A DNA stretch of 64,000 nucleotides, taken from NCBI RefSeq assembly GCF_009834535.1, contig NC_045696.1, positions 14,882,001-14,946,000 on the forward strand, written 5' to 3'. Within the stretch, counting starts at the first letter, position 1; each line of letters starts with the position of its first letter. Shown here in pieces: positions 39,166-51,563 of the stretch. The position numbers and the translations under genes are program-made. The notes beneath the pieces are model-generated. The model made no database searches, was not told where the DNA came from, and saw only the letters and a program-made list of their open reading frames with translations. This stretch comes from Camelus ferus (taxonomy: Eukaryota).

Positions 39166-39468
39166 CTTTCCTCCCTCCCTCCGCCTCCCTCTCTTCTTTC
39201 TGCTTCTTTCATTTCTTTCTCTCTCCATCACTGTCTACCTTCTTCTTATCCTTTCCTTTCCTTTCCTTTCCTTTCCTTTCCTTTCCTTTCCTTTCCTTTC
39301 CTTTCCTTTCCTTTCCTTCTTCCTCCTCTCCCCTCTCTTTCCTCTCCTTTTCTTTACCTTTTTCCTTCCCTTTTCCCTTCCCTTCCCATCCCTTCTCTTT
39401 CCTTTCCTTTGTTTCTCCTTTTCTTCCTTAATTCCTTCCTTCATTCTTTTTTCTTTTGTCTTCCTCAA
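39166..39468. repeat. Polypyrimidine tract with perfect (CTTTC)n core at ~39250-39315
   Basis: Direct inspection. Confidence 0.95.
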
Positions 39469-39569
39469 GGCTCATCTCAGGTGCCAAGTCACTTTAAATA
39501 GGCATAGCATTAACCACACTGAGGTATATAGACGCTAAGACAATCAAGACTATCTGGTTTTCCCTTTGT

Positions 39570-40265
39570 TGCTTGGCCAAGATCTAAAAGATTGATAACA
39601 CACTCAGGTGCTGAGAGTTTGGGAAGCAGGCACTTACATAACGGGATGACAGTAGCGCCCTTTGGCACAACCTATGCAGAGAGCAATTTGGTCATAACAG
39701 CTGGACGGGAAGAAGCACATGGCCTGTGGAAGAGCAGAACCATTTTTAGAAATTATCTTACAAACATATACACGTGCATGTGCAATATAGTGGTTATTCA
39801 TTGTAGGGCTTTTTTCTTTCAGTATAGCAAAGATTTAGACAGTAAGTATTTATCAAAAGAAACTATTTAAATTAATGAATTTTACACATGGAATGTTATC
39901 TGACTAGATAAATATGATATATGTATTTATTTAAAAAGTTAAATAAGATCTTTTAAACAAGATTAAATAAGATTTATTTATAGGTTAAAAAAAGGAACAA
40001 AAATATCTTTCTCTGTCAAAGATATATTCATTACAGAACTAAAAAAAGTGCCAAAAACTATATGTGTTGCAATGCAATTTGTGAAAAAACTGGAGAAACT
40101 AATAGTTTATTTATATTTACTTATATATCCATAGATCTACTCTGAAAGAGCAAATGAGAAGTTAGAAACACTGCCCTTAAAAAAGGAAATTGTGACATGG
40201 TAGGAGGAAACCTTTTCACAAAGTGCTCTTTTGAAATTATAAAATTTGAAAATGTATTTTTGAAA
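39570..40265 (+). mobile_element. L1ME 3' fragment
   Basis: ttggccaagatctaaaagattgataacac...gagagcaatttgg...ccatttttagaaattatc. Confidence 0.75.
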
Positions 40266-40410
40266 AAAGAAGTTCTTACTAAACATTGCATCTAAACTCC
40301 TTTCTCCTTGTCGATTACTGGAAATTAATGTGGTCTTCATCACTAAACACTGGATGTTGCTTCAGTATAATGGTGTCCAAAGAGCAGTCCAGAAACTCCT
40401 AGGACTTGGT

Positions 40411-40640
40411 TTAAATTTCAGGAGTTAATGTTCTGGCGTCTGGGAAGTTTTTCAACCTCTTCTGAATTAATTCTTCACGTGGCTCCACTCCGACAGGATG
40501 TGGCATGCAACGTGATGGCAGGCTTTCACGTTCTGTGGACCATTGCATATCCAGGAATCTACCGTTTGTCAGCGAAGATTTCTTAATATTGGTATTTTTA
40601 TTTTTGAGAATTTCCGAATACTGAAGACACGTTAGTTCCT
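40411..40640 (-). pseudogene. Possible pseudo-exon
   Basis: aattttcag acceptor; open frame ELTCLQYSEILKNK...PREELIQKRLKNFPDARTLTPEI*; locally CpG-rich; true 3' boundary unknown. Confidence 0.45.
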
Positions 40641-41535
40641 CTGAAAATTCCAAAAAGCCATTATGATTGTGAAGTGTTTTCCAAAAGAAAATAAAAGTAA
40701 ACATGAAGAAAACAGTGGTGACATAGCATGTATTGTAGAATCCATTATAATTACAATTATAAAAGGCAACATATACATTTTTGTGAATTACAAATTTCAC
40801 AGATAATTAAGCATTATTCTGGATATGAAAAAAAAATGTTTTTTGAATAGTTTTTATTTTTATAAATACCCTTACATTTAAAAAAAAAAGCTTTCTATTG
40901 GATTCTTTTGTGTATCTGATTATTTATATTTCATATATCTTAAACATAAAATTTTTTTCAAGAATTTTTTAAAAATTTTCCATTTAGACTAAAGGATTTA
41001 ACCTAAATTTTCAATTCTTCTAGCAAACTTCCACAGCATATTTTATTTTGCTTGGCATTCTGTAAACACTGGGAATATTTACTGAATGGGAACCAAACCA
41101 CAAAGTTCTACAGCCAACTTCAAAGCAAATGAACTCATAGAAGCTTCAATATAGCATGTTTTGCATGTGATTTATTGTGGATCACTTATGCTCTGGTTTA
41201 TATGTCTCCCTGCAGTAAATCTGAATGCAAAAATATATGCATGTACCAAAACAGAAAACGACATTTTAATTTACTCGCGAAACATATTTAGAAGTTACAT
41301 TTCTATTTATCCAAGTTCAAGTGAAAGTATATTGAGCAACGTTTTGATCTTAATAAAAGGAACATTTTGATAATATGCTGTCATGAATTATTTAAACTTT
41401 AAAGTAAAGTAAAACTTTCTGGTAATCTGATGATTTTTTTATCATAAATTGCTTTCCCCTTTGATTGCTTGCTAATGTTTAGAGTACTTTTAAAGATATA
41501 TAGATATATATGAAGACATTTATTTTGTATTTCTT

Positions 41536-41893
41536 TTTTGTATTTTTTTATTGAAGTATAGGCAGTTTACAATGCTGTGTCAGTTTCTAGTGTGCAGCAC
41601 ACTGCTTCAGTCATACATGAACATACATACATTCGTTTTCATATCCTTTTTTACCATAAGTTACACCCAGATAGCGAACATCCTTCCCTGTGCTATACAG
41701 CATGAACTTGTTGTTTATCCATTCTATATATATCAGTCAGTATCTGCAAATCTCTAACTCCCAGTTTATCCCCTCCCACCCCGCTCTCCCCCTGGTAACC
41801 ACAAGTTAGTTCTCTATGTCTGGGAGTCTGTTTCTGCTTTGCAAATACGTTCGTTTGTCTTTTTTTTTTAGAGTCCACATTTAAGTGATATCA
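41536..41893 (-). mobile_element. Young 5'-truncated L1 3' end
   Basis: attgaagtataggcagtttacaatg; TSD tattttgtatttctt/tatcttgtattgctt. Confidence 0.92.
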
Positions 41894-41980
41894 TATCTTG
41901 TATTGCTTGTGACAAGTTTTCTTTTTAGCCATATTAAGAATTGCAGACTATCCTAGCTAAGGCTAATTCTTTCATCTCAC

Positions 41981-42027
41981 TTCTTAATCCTAATCTTGTT
42001 GATACTTGAAGGGTGATTTCAGATTTT
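41981..42027 (-). pseudogene. Possible pseudo-exon (47 bp)
   Basis: ctacttttag acceptor and GAA|gtgaga donor; KSEITLQVSTRLGLR; phase 2->1. Confidence 0.4.
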
Positions 42028-42336
42028 CTAAAAGTAGACACACTGAGAAGCATTGCTTTTAAAGACATACAAGTCATTCTTTCAAATATGTAAAAACACT
42101 GTATTTTAGAGGGGTCATGACATTTGAGAGTTTTTTGCGTGAGGTGGAGGACGAGCTGTGTCCATGCGCCATGACCAGTTTTCAGCTGAATCATGCTGTT
42201 ATGAATTGGGATTATTCTCCTTTAGTGTTGGAATCATGCTTCATCAGCCTCTTCTTAAACTTGGGGAAAAAATGTTAAGCATTAGTAACTCCTAGAGGTT
42301 TAATTCTCATGAGTGTATTTAAATACAACTCATTAC

Positions 42337-42507
42337 TTAAAATAGTTCTACTGAAGAGACTGTCTTAGCTTTAATGGAAGCCGCCTCAGCAGGATTCAGC
42401 CACCACCCTCTGATTTTTGGAATCAGCTTTGCTGTCATAGCCAGAGTTTCACTTCTCTTTGTGTCTTCTCTTCTCTCAGACTCAAAAGTGATTGTTTGCA
42501 TCTGAGA
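42337..42507 (-). pseudogene. Pseudo-exon (171 bp)
   Basis: tctctccag acceptor; SQMQTITFESERREDTKRSETLAMTAKLIPKIRGWWLNPAEAASIKAKTVSSVELF* with TAA directly before a gtaatg donor. Confidence 0.6.
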
Positions 42508-43110
42508 CTGGAGAGACCCAACCCCTGCCATGTTCTTTAACTTTATGGCCCTGCTTTATGACCTGCTTTATGGGCGTGGCCTCACTCTGGTCCTCAGAAG
42601 CCCAGTTACTAATACTGAATAATTGCTGCTCATCTTGTGGCTTGACAGATACTAGGTACCACTGTACCCAGATATCTCTAGGATGGCATGATCTCCAGTG
42701 GAAATAGCCAACAGAGAATCTGGAAGAGCTTCAGCTCAGATACTATTGGCTGTTTGGTTAAGAGCATTAGGAATATAATAAGAGTTTTAAGAGAGCAGTG
42801 GCCCATCTCCAGAGTTCCTAATGCCTGAGATTTCACCAAAGTCAATAACTAATGCCATTCTGCTCCCATTAGTACACTGAAAATGAGCCATTCAAGAAAT
42901 TTGCATCTAGAAAACACATGCATGCAAGTAAGAATGGCATGAGATCTTTGAGTTAGAAGTTGGAGTTGGTTATTAGAGTTTTAGACTTCCATCCGATTCA
43001 TAGCTGACCCTCAAAACAGCTGAAGTTACTAAAATCTGTAGAGAGAATTGCCAGTTTGGCTGTTGATTATTGAAGCATCCTAGTTGGTCTCTTCACATTT
43101 CCAAGTGTCT

Positions 43111-43376
43111 TTTTTTTTTAATTATTATTGAAGTCTAGTCAGTTACAATGTGTTAATTTCTGGTGTACAGCATAATGTCCCAGTCATGCATATATATACA
43201 TATATTCATTTTCATATTCTTTTACTTTAAAGGTTATTACAAGATATTGAATATACTTCCCTGTGCTATACAGGAAGAAATTTGTTTTGTATCTATTTTT
43301 ATATATAGTGATTAACATTTGCAAATCTCAGACTCCCAAATTTATCCCTTCCCACCCCCTTTCCTCTGGTAATCAT
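43111..43376 (-). mobile_element. Young 5'-truncated L1 3' end
   Basis: Poly-T, attgaagtctagtcagttacaatg; TSD aagtgtct. Confidence 0.92.
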
Positions 43377-43424
43377 AAGTGTCTGTATTTTAATTATAGG
43401 CACCCCTCTCTATGAGAAATAAAT

Positions 43425-44345
43425 ATTTTTCCCAGCTTAATTAGGATCTAACTGACATATAACATTGTATACATTTATGGTGTACAGCCTATTGACTTGA
43501 TACAATTATATATTGCAAAATAATTACCACTATAACTTTAGTCAGTACCTCTATTGGGTCACATAATTACTATTTCATTTTTGTGATGAGAACATGCAAG
43601 ATTTACTATCTTAGTAACTATCAAGTATATAACACACTACTGTTCACTATAAGTGCCATGCTACACATTAGATTTCTAGACTTCACTTGTGTTATAACTG
43701 GAAGTTCGTACCGTTTAACTAACATCTCCCCATTTCACTGCCCCCCCACCCAGCCCTGGTAACCATGCTGCTCTTTGACTTTTTTAGATTCTGTATGTAA
43801 TTGATATCATGCATTTGTCTTCATCTATTTCACTTAGCCTAATGCCTTTGAGGTCCATCCATGTCACAAATGTCAGGATTTCCTTCTTTCTCAAGGTTGA
43901 ATAATATTCTATTGTGTTTGTTTATATCTATATATATTTAGATAGATAGATAGATAGATTCTTCTGTTGATGAACATTTAGATTGTTTCCATATCTTGAC
44001 TATCATAAATAATGCTGCAGTGAACAGGTATCTCCCTGAGATCTTGTTTTTATCTCCTTTGGATACATACCCAGATGTGGGACTGCTGGATCATATGGTA
44101 GTTCTATTTTTAATTGTTTGAGGAGCCTCTACACTTTTTTCCTTAGTGGCTGTATTAATTGTTATTCCCACAAACATTTCAAAAGGATTCCATTTTTCCC
44201 ATATCCTCACCAACATTTATCACTTTCTGATGATGGTTATTCTAACAGGTATGAGGTGATATCTCACTGCATTGATTTTAATTTTCCTGATGATTAGCAA
44301 TGTTGTACATCTTTTCAGGTACCTGTTGGCTATTTGGATTTCTTT
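43425..44345 (-). mobile_element. L1MA-type 3' end
   Basis: Antisense 3' UTR and ORF2 end (gctggatcatatggtagttctatttttaattgtttgaggagcctc). Confidence 0.92.
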
Positions 44346-44354
44346 TTTTCTGTC

Positions 44355-44545
44355 ATTTTTCAGACTTCAGCCAATAGCTAGCCAATCACGAGAGACAATC
44401 TTACTTAGCTAATGTCAGTTATCTGCAGATATGATTAAGTCCAGCTAAGCCTAACCCAAACTGCAGAAACACAAATTTGTTGTTAGCTAAATAAATAGTT
44501 TTTTAGAATTAAGTTTTGTGGTGATTCGTGACATAGATAATTAGT
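44355..44545 (+). mobile_element. MLT1 LTR 3' fragment
   Basis: ccagctaagcctaacccaaactgcaga...aaataaatag...taagttttgtggtgatt. Confidence 0.6.
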
Positions 44546-44659
44546 AAAAGTATTATTATAAGTAAACTATTCTCATCCTAATATTTTTAGCTCTACTACA
44601 TTGTTTATTAATTTTACTTGTACTTTATTTTCTGTGGCATGACAGAAGTCTCTGAAATC

Positions 44660-44870
44660 ATGCAGATTTGAATTTCTGAAGGCTGGCTGTGCAAGTTATT
44701 AGCTATGGACACTGGGATGTGTTAATTAAGATTCTACCTTTTCAGTATTCTTAACTATAAAGTAGGCATACTAATGCCACATAGAGTTTCCATGATGATT
44801 AATAAATGAAGTAAGACATGTAAAATACCTGAAATATGGCATCCACATCCACTCAGTAAATATTAGTCTC
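44660..44870 (+). mobile_element. MIR SINE
   Basis: agttattagctatggacactggg...ttcagtattcttaactataaa...actcagtaaatattag. Confidence 0.65.
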
Positions 44871-44901
44871 TTTTATCCTTTTAGTCTTCAATGAGTATTT
44901 T

Positions 44902-45418
44902 ATGGTAGATTGCAAAAGGTGGCCACAGTAATTTTTTTTTTTAATCTCTGTATGCAGGCTCCTCTATAATATGACTTTGCTGATCCTTCCATCAAAAGGT
45001 CTGTTTCTTCACTCTCAAATTTGGTTAGACCTTTCGACTAATAGTACATGGTAGAAGCGCTGTTGTAGGATTTCAATGACAAGCTTCAAGAAACTTTGCA
45101 ATTAGCATTCTCACACTGTTAAAAACTAGTCACCAGTCCAAGCTAGCCTAGAAAGAGAACTGGTAGTGGCCCTGCTGACAGCCTGAGGCAACTTCTAGAC
45201 GTGTGAGTGAGGCCATTCTGGACCAACCAGCACCCAACTGGGCTGACCCGTAACCACAAGTGCATGAGTGATCCCCGTTGACACCACACAAAGCAGACAT
45301 GCGATGTCTCAGCTGAGCCTTGCCCTAATTACAGACTTATAGAATCATCAACACATACATTTTTGTTTTACCACTGACTTTAAAAGTATTTTTCTATGTC
45401 CCAAAGGCTAAATGAAAT
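44902..45418 (+). mobile_element. MLT1G/H-type MaLR LTR
   Basis: tggtagattgcaaaaggtggccaca...gtgtgagtgaggccattctggacca...cagctgagccttgccctaatt. Confidence 0.8.
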
Positions 45419-45682
45419 TCATTTATAGGACACACTGTTATCGTATTACATTATAGAATCATACATTTAAAACATTAGACAGATGTCATATCCTTATTTT
45501 TAAAAAGAGAATGTCATACATTTTACTCTTTGAATTGAACTATTATAAAGATACAAAATGATAATGTATGAAAGAGTGCTTTATAGACCACAGGTATATT
45601 CAACTATCTATCAACATACTGTTTCAATCCCTCTTTTTTTAAATGCATTTCTCACGTAATTGTTCTATGCCTGTTTACATAC

Positions 45683-45741
45683 TTGCTTGTGGGTATTACA
45701 ATGTTCAGGAAGAAATTTTTTGCCGATAAGAAGCTTCAGAA
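45683..45741 (-). pseudogene. Pseudo-exon (59 bp)
   Basis: Long pyrimidine tract plus ccag acceptor and CAA|gtatgt donor; LKLLIGKKFLPEHCNTHKQ; open, phase 1->0. Confidence 0.65.
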
Positions 45742-47424
45742 CTGGTAGCAGACACAGACAAGAGAAGAGTAAATAGAAGTATTGTGGGACAAATTCTCAA
45801 ATTTAGTACTGTGCCTCTAAGCAGGGGCAGTGTCCAACCCAGTATTAAAGAAACAGTAGAAGAATTCCTCAAGGTGATAATAATAGTAAAAATCCTATAA
45901 AGTACGAAGCTTCTTAATGGGAGGAAAAGGTCACAGAACAGGGGAAGGCCCATTATGCATACACTACAATGGAACATATCCAATCTATAGGGTATTAACT
46001 AGCTGGAGTGACCACAACTGTGCAGGATTCAATGTCGGTAACTTAATACTATCTCTTTCTTCTCCTTCCCAAACCAGGGCCCATGAAGTGACAGTTATCA
46101 GATCATGCAGATTGAAATAAAAGTCTATTATTGATAGAAGCTGGATTGGAGACGTGATTTAAACACCTGACTAAACGTTTAAGCTTTCCACTATATTATA
46201 AAGTGTCTGCTCCAATCACGGGCAAGGCTAAGGCGACTGTACATCTCTGTCACAGGGACGGGGCTCTCCTCACTAAGGTTAATGCAAGACAAGAGAGCAA
46301 ATGCAGATGTGTGTCCGTAGATAGACTGGGTATGAAAAGAGGACAAGGAAAGGGGTTTGTAGAGGTTTGTTCGGTTTCTTCCTCCAAATTTACCAATTAG
46401 TTAAGTCATTTTTTTTTTCCCGTAGAGAGAAGTGAATGACAATTTTTAGAGAGAAGCCAGGAATGTTAGTCAAGCTGAAAACCCTTCCATCTAGAAAGAT
46501 GAAGCTCAAGAAATAAGATACCTTGATAAGAATATGTGGCTATCTCAGTTAAAATTAGGCCAAATAATATGAATTCACAAAATAAAGAAGAGAATGTTAG
46601 CAATAAAAATGAAATTTAGTTTAGCAGAAGTATTCACTTGAGGATAACTACCACAAGTGTAGGCTTCAGTGTTTCTCTGTATTTGGTACATTCGAGATCC
46701 CCTCTCTCTGGCTCTGGTCTGCCTCGTTTAGGTAAGGGAGATGCATTCCTCTGACTGTTCAGGCTTAAATAATTAGTACACTCCAAAACCTGGGTAGCAA
46801 TGGTTCTAAGAAATCGTGAGCCCTGAGAGGTAAATACAAGTGTTACTACTACCTGAAGAGAGAATTGATGCCAAGTGGTTCAGAGAACACATCTACCAAA
46901 ACATCCTTTATAAAAATCAATGAAAACATATTCAAAGTGGGACACTTATATTCAAGATTCAAAAATACACTTATTCTTTGTCTGAATCTACAGAAACAGT
47001 TACTAAAGTCTTTAATTTAGACTTATCTAACGCAGCTGCAGATATGTTATATTTACTTTTAATATTTTATGTCATAATGCAATGGTATTTGATCCTTTGA
47101 TATTACAATTAATATTTCTAGAACATGTTCTTTAAAAACTTAAATTATTTTACCTTAAATATTTACATGTATATAGACACTTATAAACAGATACAATCTC
47201 GTATATAATGTTTAAAAACAATTTGGTTTTGAAGATTTAAGAACCTCAGACTTAAGTGTATTTATATAGTTTGAATGTATGTTCTAACTTCTACAATCTA
47301 TACATATTTAGATATGTACATGTGCATAGCATCGAAGTTATAGTTTGAAAGATAAAGTGACTATAAAAAATGAGTATTGGAGTGAAAAAGAATCCCCTAA
47401 AATTGACTTCACTGAAAACGTTAC

Positions 47425-47517
47425 TTTCTGAAAGTTTCCCAGCTGCCTTGCTCTGAAGACATGTCATTAAAGATGTGTCACTGACAGTTTCACTGACAAG
47501 TGACTCACAATTATATA
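47425..47517 (-). pseudogene. Pseudo-exon (93 bp)
   Basis: cttctcctttttaaag acceptor and AAA|gtaacg donor; YNCESLVSETVSDTSLMTCLQSKAAGKLSE; open, phase 1->1. Confidence 0.6.
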
Positions 47518-47659
47518 CTTTAAAAAGGAGAAGCACACTCAGTGAGTGCATTCTAACTCCACCTCTCCTTCTTACATGAAACAGGAATGTACAAAACGCC
47601 TTATAACTAAGAGCTCTTTGGCATAAATGACTCATAACCAACACTGCTAAGTAAAATAC

Positions 47660-47717
47660 CACTTATAAGTCCGGCAGTGTGAATCAGGAGATGAAACTTT
47701 CACACGTGAAATTTCCT
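47660..47717 (-). pseudogene. Pseudo-exon (58 bp)
   Basis: tttacag acceptor and TG|gtattt donor; EISRVKVSSPDSHCRTYK; needs a 1-nt frameshift to join the next exon. Confidence 0.5.
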
Positions 47718-49087
47718 CTGTAAATTCAGAATAGCATATTCAGGTAGAGAACAGGTCGTATTTCCCTAATGGATGTTGTAAAATTTTAATATCAGACAAA
47801 TGCTGTGTGATTCATGTCAGAAATATTTTGTTTTAGTTCATTAAAAATATTTGTGGAGGGGCTTAAGATGTTTCTAGAAACACCTATACATTTACACTGA
47901 AGTGGATGTAACTTATGAACTGGATGTTTAAAAATCTTCTCAATAATTTAAGTACCCCAAAGGTCATTTTGATGAAGTAATTAAAGATCTAAATTAAATC
48001 TGGAGGAAAAAAATATGTAGAGTATATAGAAATAGAATTCTATGAGGAAAGAAGAATGTTTATTTAATGAAATTAAGTAGCACATAATTGTTTTAAGAAA
48101 ATATAGCTATCCAAAGGGAAAAAATAAAAGTTTGCCTTACAAACATTTGATAGCAATAGAGAAATTCATCGTTCTAAGACACAACTTTTGGACACTATGT
48201 CAAAGTTTTACTTCAAGTCTCAGCTCTATTTCATGACTTTCAAGTCTTAGGAAAAAACTCTGCTTTATATGCCAAGGTGAAAACAGATGTCATAAGCCAC
48301 CGCTTCCCTCCACTTCCATCTCTGCCACTTTGATGGTTACCGCAGTAGCTCTTCCACTTAGGAGAACTCTGTCATATGTTCACCTGAAATCATTCACCTT
48401 TTTCCTCATGTAATTTTGCTCTTCACCCAACTCTTATCTTTGATTTTTCAGTCTTTTTCTTCCTCATGACTTATTTCAAACAATAAACATGCTTAAGACT
48501 CTTCCAACTGAACAATACAAATCTAATAAATAACCTTTTTTAGTAACCTCACCTCTATTTTTCATTACAGTCTCTCCCACCCCCATTTCTTTTCTTTATA
48601 ATCAGATTTCTTGAAGGCATCCAGAATCAAACAGACTTACCCAGCTGGATTCAGGCACTTTCTTTTAGATTAAAGGTCTCAACCACTTAGACTACAGAGT
48701 TTATTCCATGGCCTTGAGCAACAATTCCTCTGCTATCTGTGGACAGACTGGCTCTCAAAACAGAAAATGATGGAGCAGAGCAAAACATGTCACTCCTGAT
48801 CACAACCTCCCCAACCCAAAACAATGCTCAAGTTTGTCCTCATAAGTCGTTGGGCTTATCTGCTAAAACTATGGTCAATTGAGGTTGTGGCTCTTAGGAA
48901 GGGATTTTGTGTCCATGTTGGAATCTCCCTCTCTCTCCGTCTCTCTCTCCACCCCCTCCACCTCCATCTTCATCTCCTTATTGCCTTTGCAGGATGGTTT
49001 ATATTGTTTTATGATTCCAGGACTTTGCATATTTTATTCTGTTGTTTCAATATCCCTTTCTTCTTTTCTCCACTTAGCCACCTTCTA

Positions 49088-51563
49088 CAAGCATGTCTCA
49101 AAGATATTTCTAGTTTGGTTCTAGACAATGAAGTGAATATTGCAATGAAGTGATTGACACAAACTTTTAGGTCTGCCAGTGCATGTTAAAGTAATGTTCA
49201 CATAATACTATTGTTTACTAAGTGTGCAATAGCATTATGTCTTAAAAAAACAACGTACATACCTTAATTTTAAAATTCTTCATTTCTAAAAAAATGGTAA
49301 CCATCATCCTATCCTTTAACAAGTCATAATCTTTTTGTGGGTGGAGGATCTTGCCTCAGTGTTGACGGCAGCTGACTGATAGGGTTGTGGCTGATGAAGG
49401 TTGGGGTAGATGTGGCTGAATTTCTTAAAATAAGACAATGATAAAGTTTACCACATTGATTGACTCTTCCTTTCATGAATGATTTCTCTGTGGTGTGCAA
49501 TGCTGTTTGAAAGCATGTTACCCACAGTAGAACTTATTTTAAAATTGGAGTCAATTCTCTCAAATTCTGCTTCAGCTTTACCAGCCACATCTATGTAACA
49601 TCCTAAATCTTTTGTTGTCATTTCAACAGTCTTCACAGCATCTTCACTAGGAATGGTTTCCATCTCAAGAAACCACTTTCTTTGCTCATTCATAAGGAGC
49701 AACTCTTTATCCTTTAAAGCTTTACCATAAAACTGCAGCAATTCCATCACATCTTCAAGTCCACTTCTAATTCTAATCATATTGCTATTTTCACCACATC
49801 TGGGGTTACTTCCTTCACTGAAGTCTTAAACCCCACAAATCCATCCATAAGGGTTGTAATCAACTTTTCCCAAACTTCCATTAATATTGACATTTTGACC
49901 TTTTCCCATGAATCACAAATGTTCTCAATGGCATCCAGAATGGTGAATTCTTTCCAGAAGGTTTTCAATTTACTTTGCCCAGATGCGACAGAGGAATCAT
50001 TCTATCATAGCTTTAGTCTTACAAAACATATTTCCTAAATAATGAGACTTGAAAGTCAAAATTACTCCTTGATCTGTGTCCTGCAGAAAGAATATTGTTA
50101 ACAGGTATGCTAACAACATTTATCTCCTTGCACATCTCCACCAGAGCTCTTGGGTAATGAGGTGCATTGTCAATGAGCAATAATATTTCAAAATTAATCT
50201 TTTTTCTGAGCAGTAGGTCTCAACTGTGGACTTAAAATACTTAGTAAACCATGTTGTAAAGAGATGTGCTGTCATCCAGGCTTTGTTGTTCCATTTACGT
50301 AACACAGACAGAGTAGATTTAGCATAATTCTTAAGGGCCCTAGGTTTTGGGGGGTTGGTAAATTAGCATTGGCTTCAACAACATCACCCGCTGCATTAGG
50401 GCCTAACAAGAGAGTCAGCCTGTCCTTTGAGGCTCTGAAGTCAAGAATTTGCTTCTCCTTTTCAGCTGTGAGAGTGCTAGATGGCATCTTCTTCCAAGAG
50501 AAGGCTGTTGCATCTATATTGAAAGTCTGCTGTTGAGTGTAGCCACCTTCACTAATGATCTTAGCTAGATCTTCTACGTCAGCACTTGCTGCTTCACTTT
50601 GCACCTTGATGTTTTGAAGGCGACTTCTTTTCTTAAACCTCATGAACTAACTTCTGCTAGCTTCAGAATTTTCTTTTGCTGCTTCCTCACCTCTGTCAGC
50701 CTTCACAGAGTTGAGGAGAGTTAAGTCCTTGCCCTGGGTTAGACTTTGGTTTAAGGGAATGTTGTGGCTGGCTTAATGTTTCTTTGTTTGTTTGTTTGTT
50801 TGTTTGTTTTTTCCTTTTTTTTTTTAATTAAGGTATAGTCGGTTTACAATATTGTGTCGGCTTGATCTTCTATCCAGACCACTGAAACTTTCTCCATATC
50901 ATCAGTAAGACTGTTTTGCTTTCTTATCATTTATGTGTTCACTGGAGTAGCATTTTAATTTCCTTCAAGAACTTTTCTTTTGCATTCACAACTTGGCTAA
51001 CTGTTTGGCACAAGAGACCTAGCTCTTGACTTGTCTTAGCTTTCAACATGCCTCCCTCACTAAGCTTGACCGTTTCTAACTTTTGATTTAAAGTGAGAGA
51101 CATGTGACTCTTTTTCCACTTGAACACTCAGAGGATATTGTAGGGTTATTAATTGGCCTAATTGGCCTAATTTCAATATTGTTGTATCTCAGGGAGTAGG
51201 GAGGCTTGAGGACAGGGACAGAGACAGAGTACAACTGGTCGGTGAGCAGTTGAAACACACACACCATGTATTGATAAGTTCACCTGTCTCATATGTGTGT
51301 GACCATGGCTCCCTAAAACAATTACAATGGGAACATTGAAGATCAGTGATCACCATAACAAATAAAATAATAATTTTTTAAAAGCTAGAAATACTGTAAA
51401 ATATATCCAAATGTGACACAGAGACACAAAGTGAGCAAATGCTGTTGGAAAAATGGAATAGATGAATTTGGTGGATGCAGTGTTGGCCAAACTTTCAATT
51501 TGTAAAAAATTCAGTACCTGCCAAATGCAATAAAGTGATGCACAATAAAATGAGGTCTACTTG
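49088..51563 (-). mobile_element. Near full-length Tigger1 DNA transposon with disrupted transposase
   Basis: TIRs with TA TSD. ORF fragments 50939-51127, 50272-50643, 50120-50305, 49777-49968 and 49448-49780 match Tigger1/TIGD1-type pogo transposase ([34 protein letters not shown]). Confidence 0.97.
50781..50858 (-). mobile_element. Very short L1 3'-end insertion in Tigger1
   Basis: (TTTG)n/T tail plus attaaggtatagtcggtttacaatattgtgt; TSD ggcttaatgtt/ggcttgatctt. Confidence 0.8.

Noticed and set aside
39235..39468. Lys/Arg/Glu-rich 77-aa ORF
   Set aside because: Translation of the (CTTTC)n microsatellite.
49448..51127. Functional TIGD1-like gene
   Set aside because: Transposase is split over five frames with stops, enclosed by TIRs and interrupted by an L1 tail.
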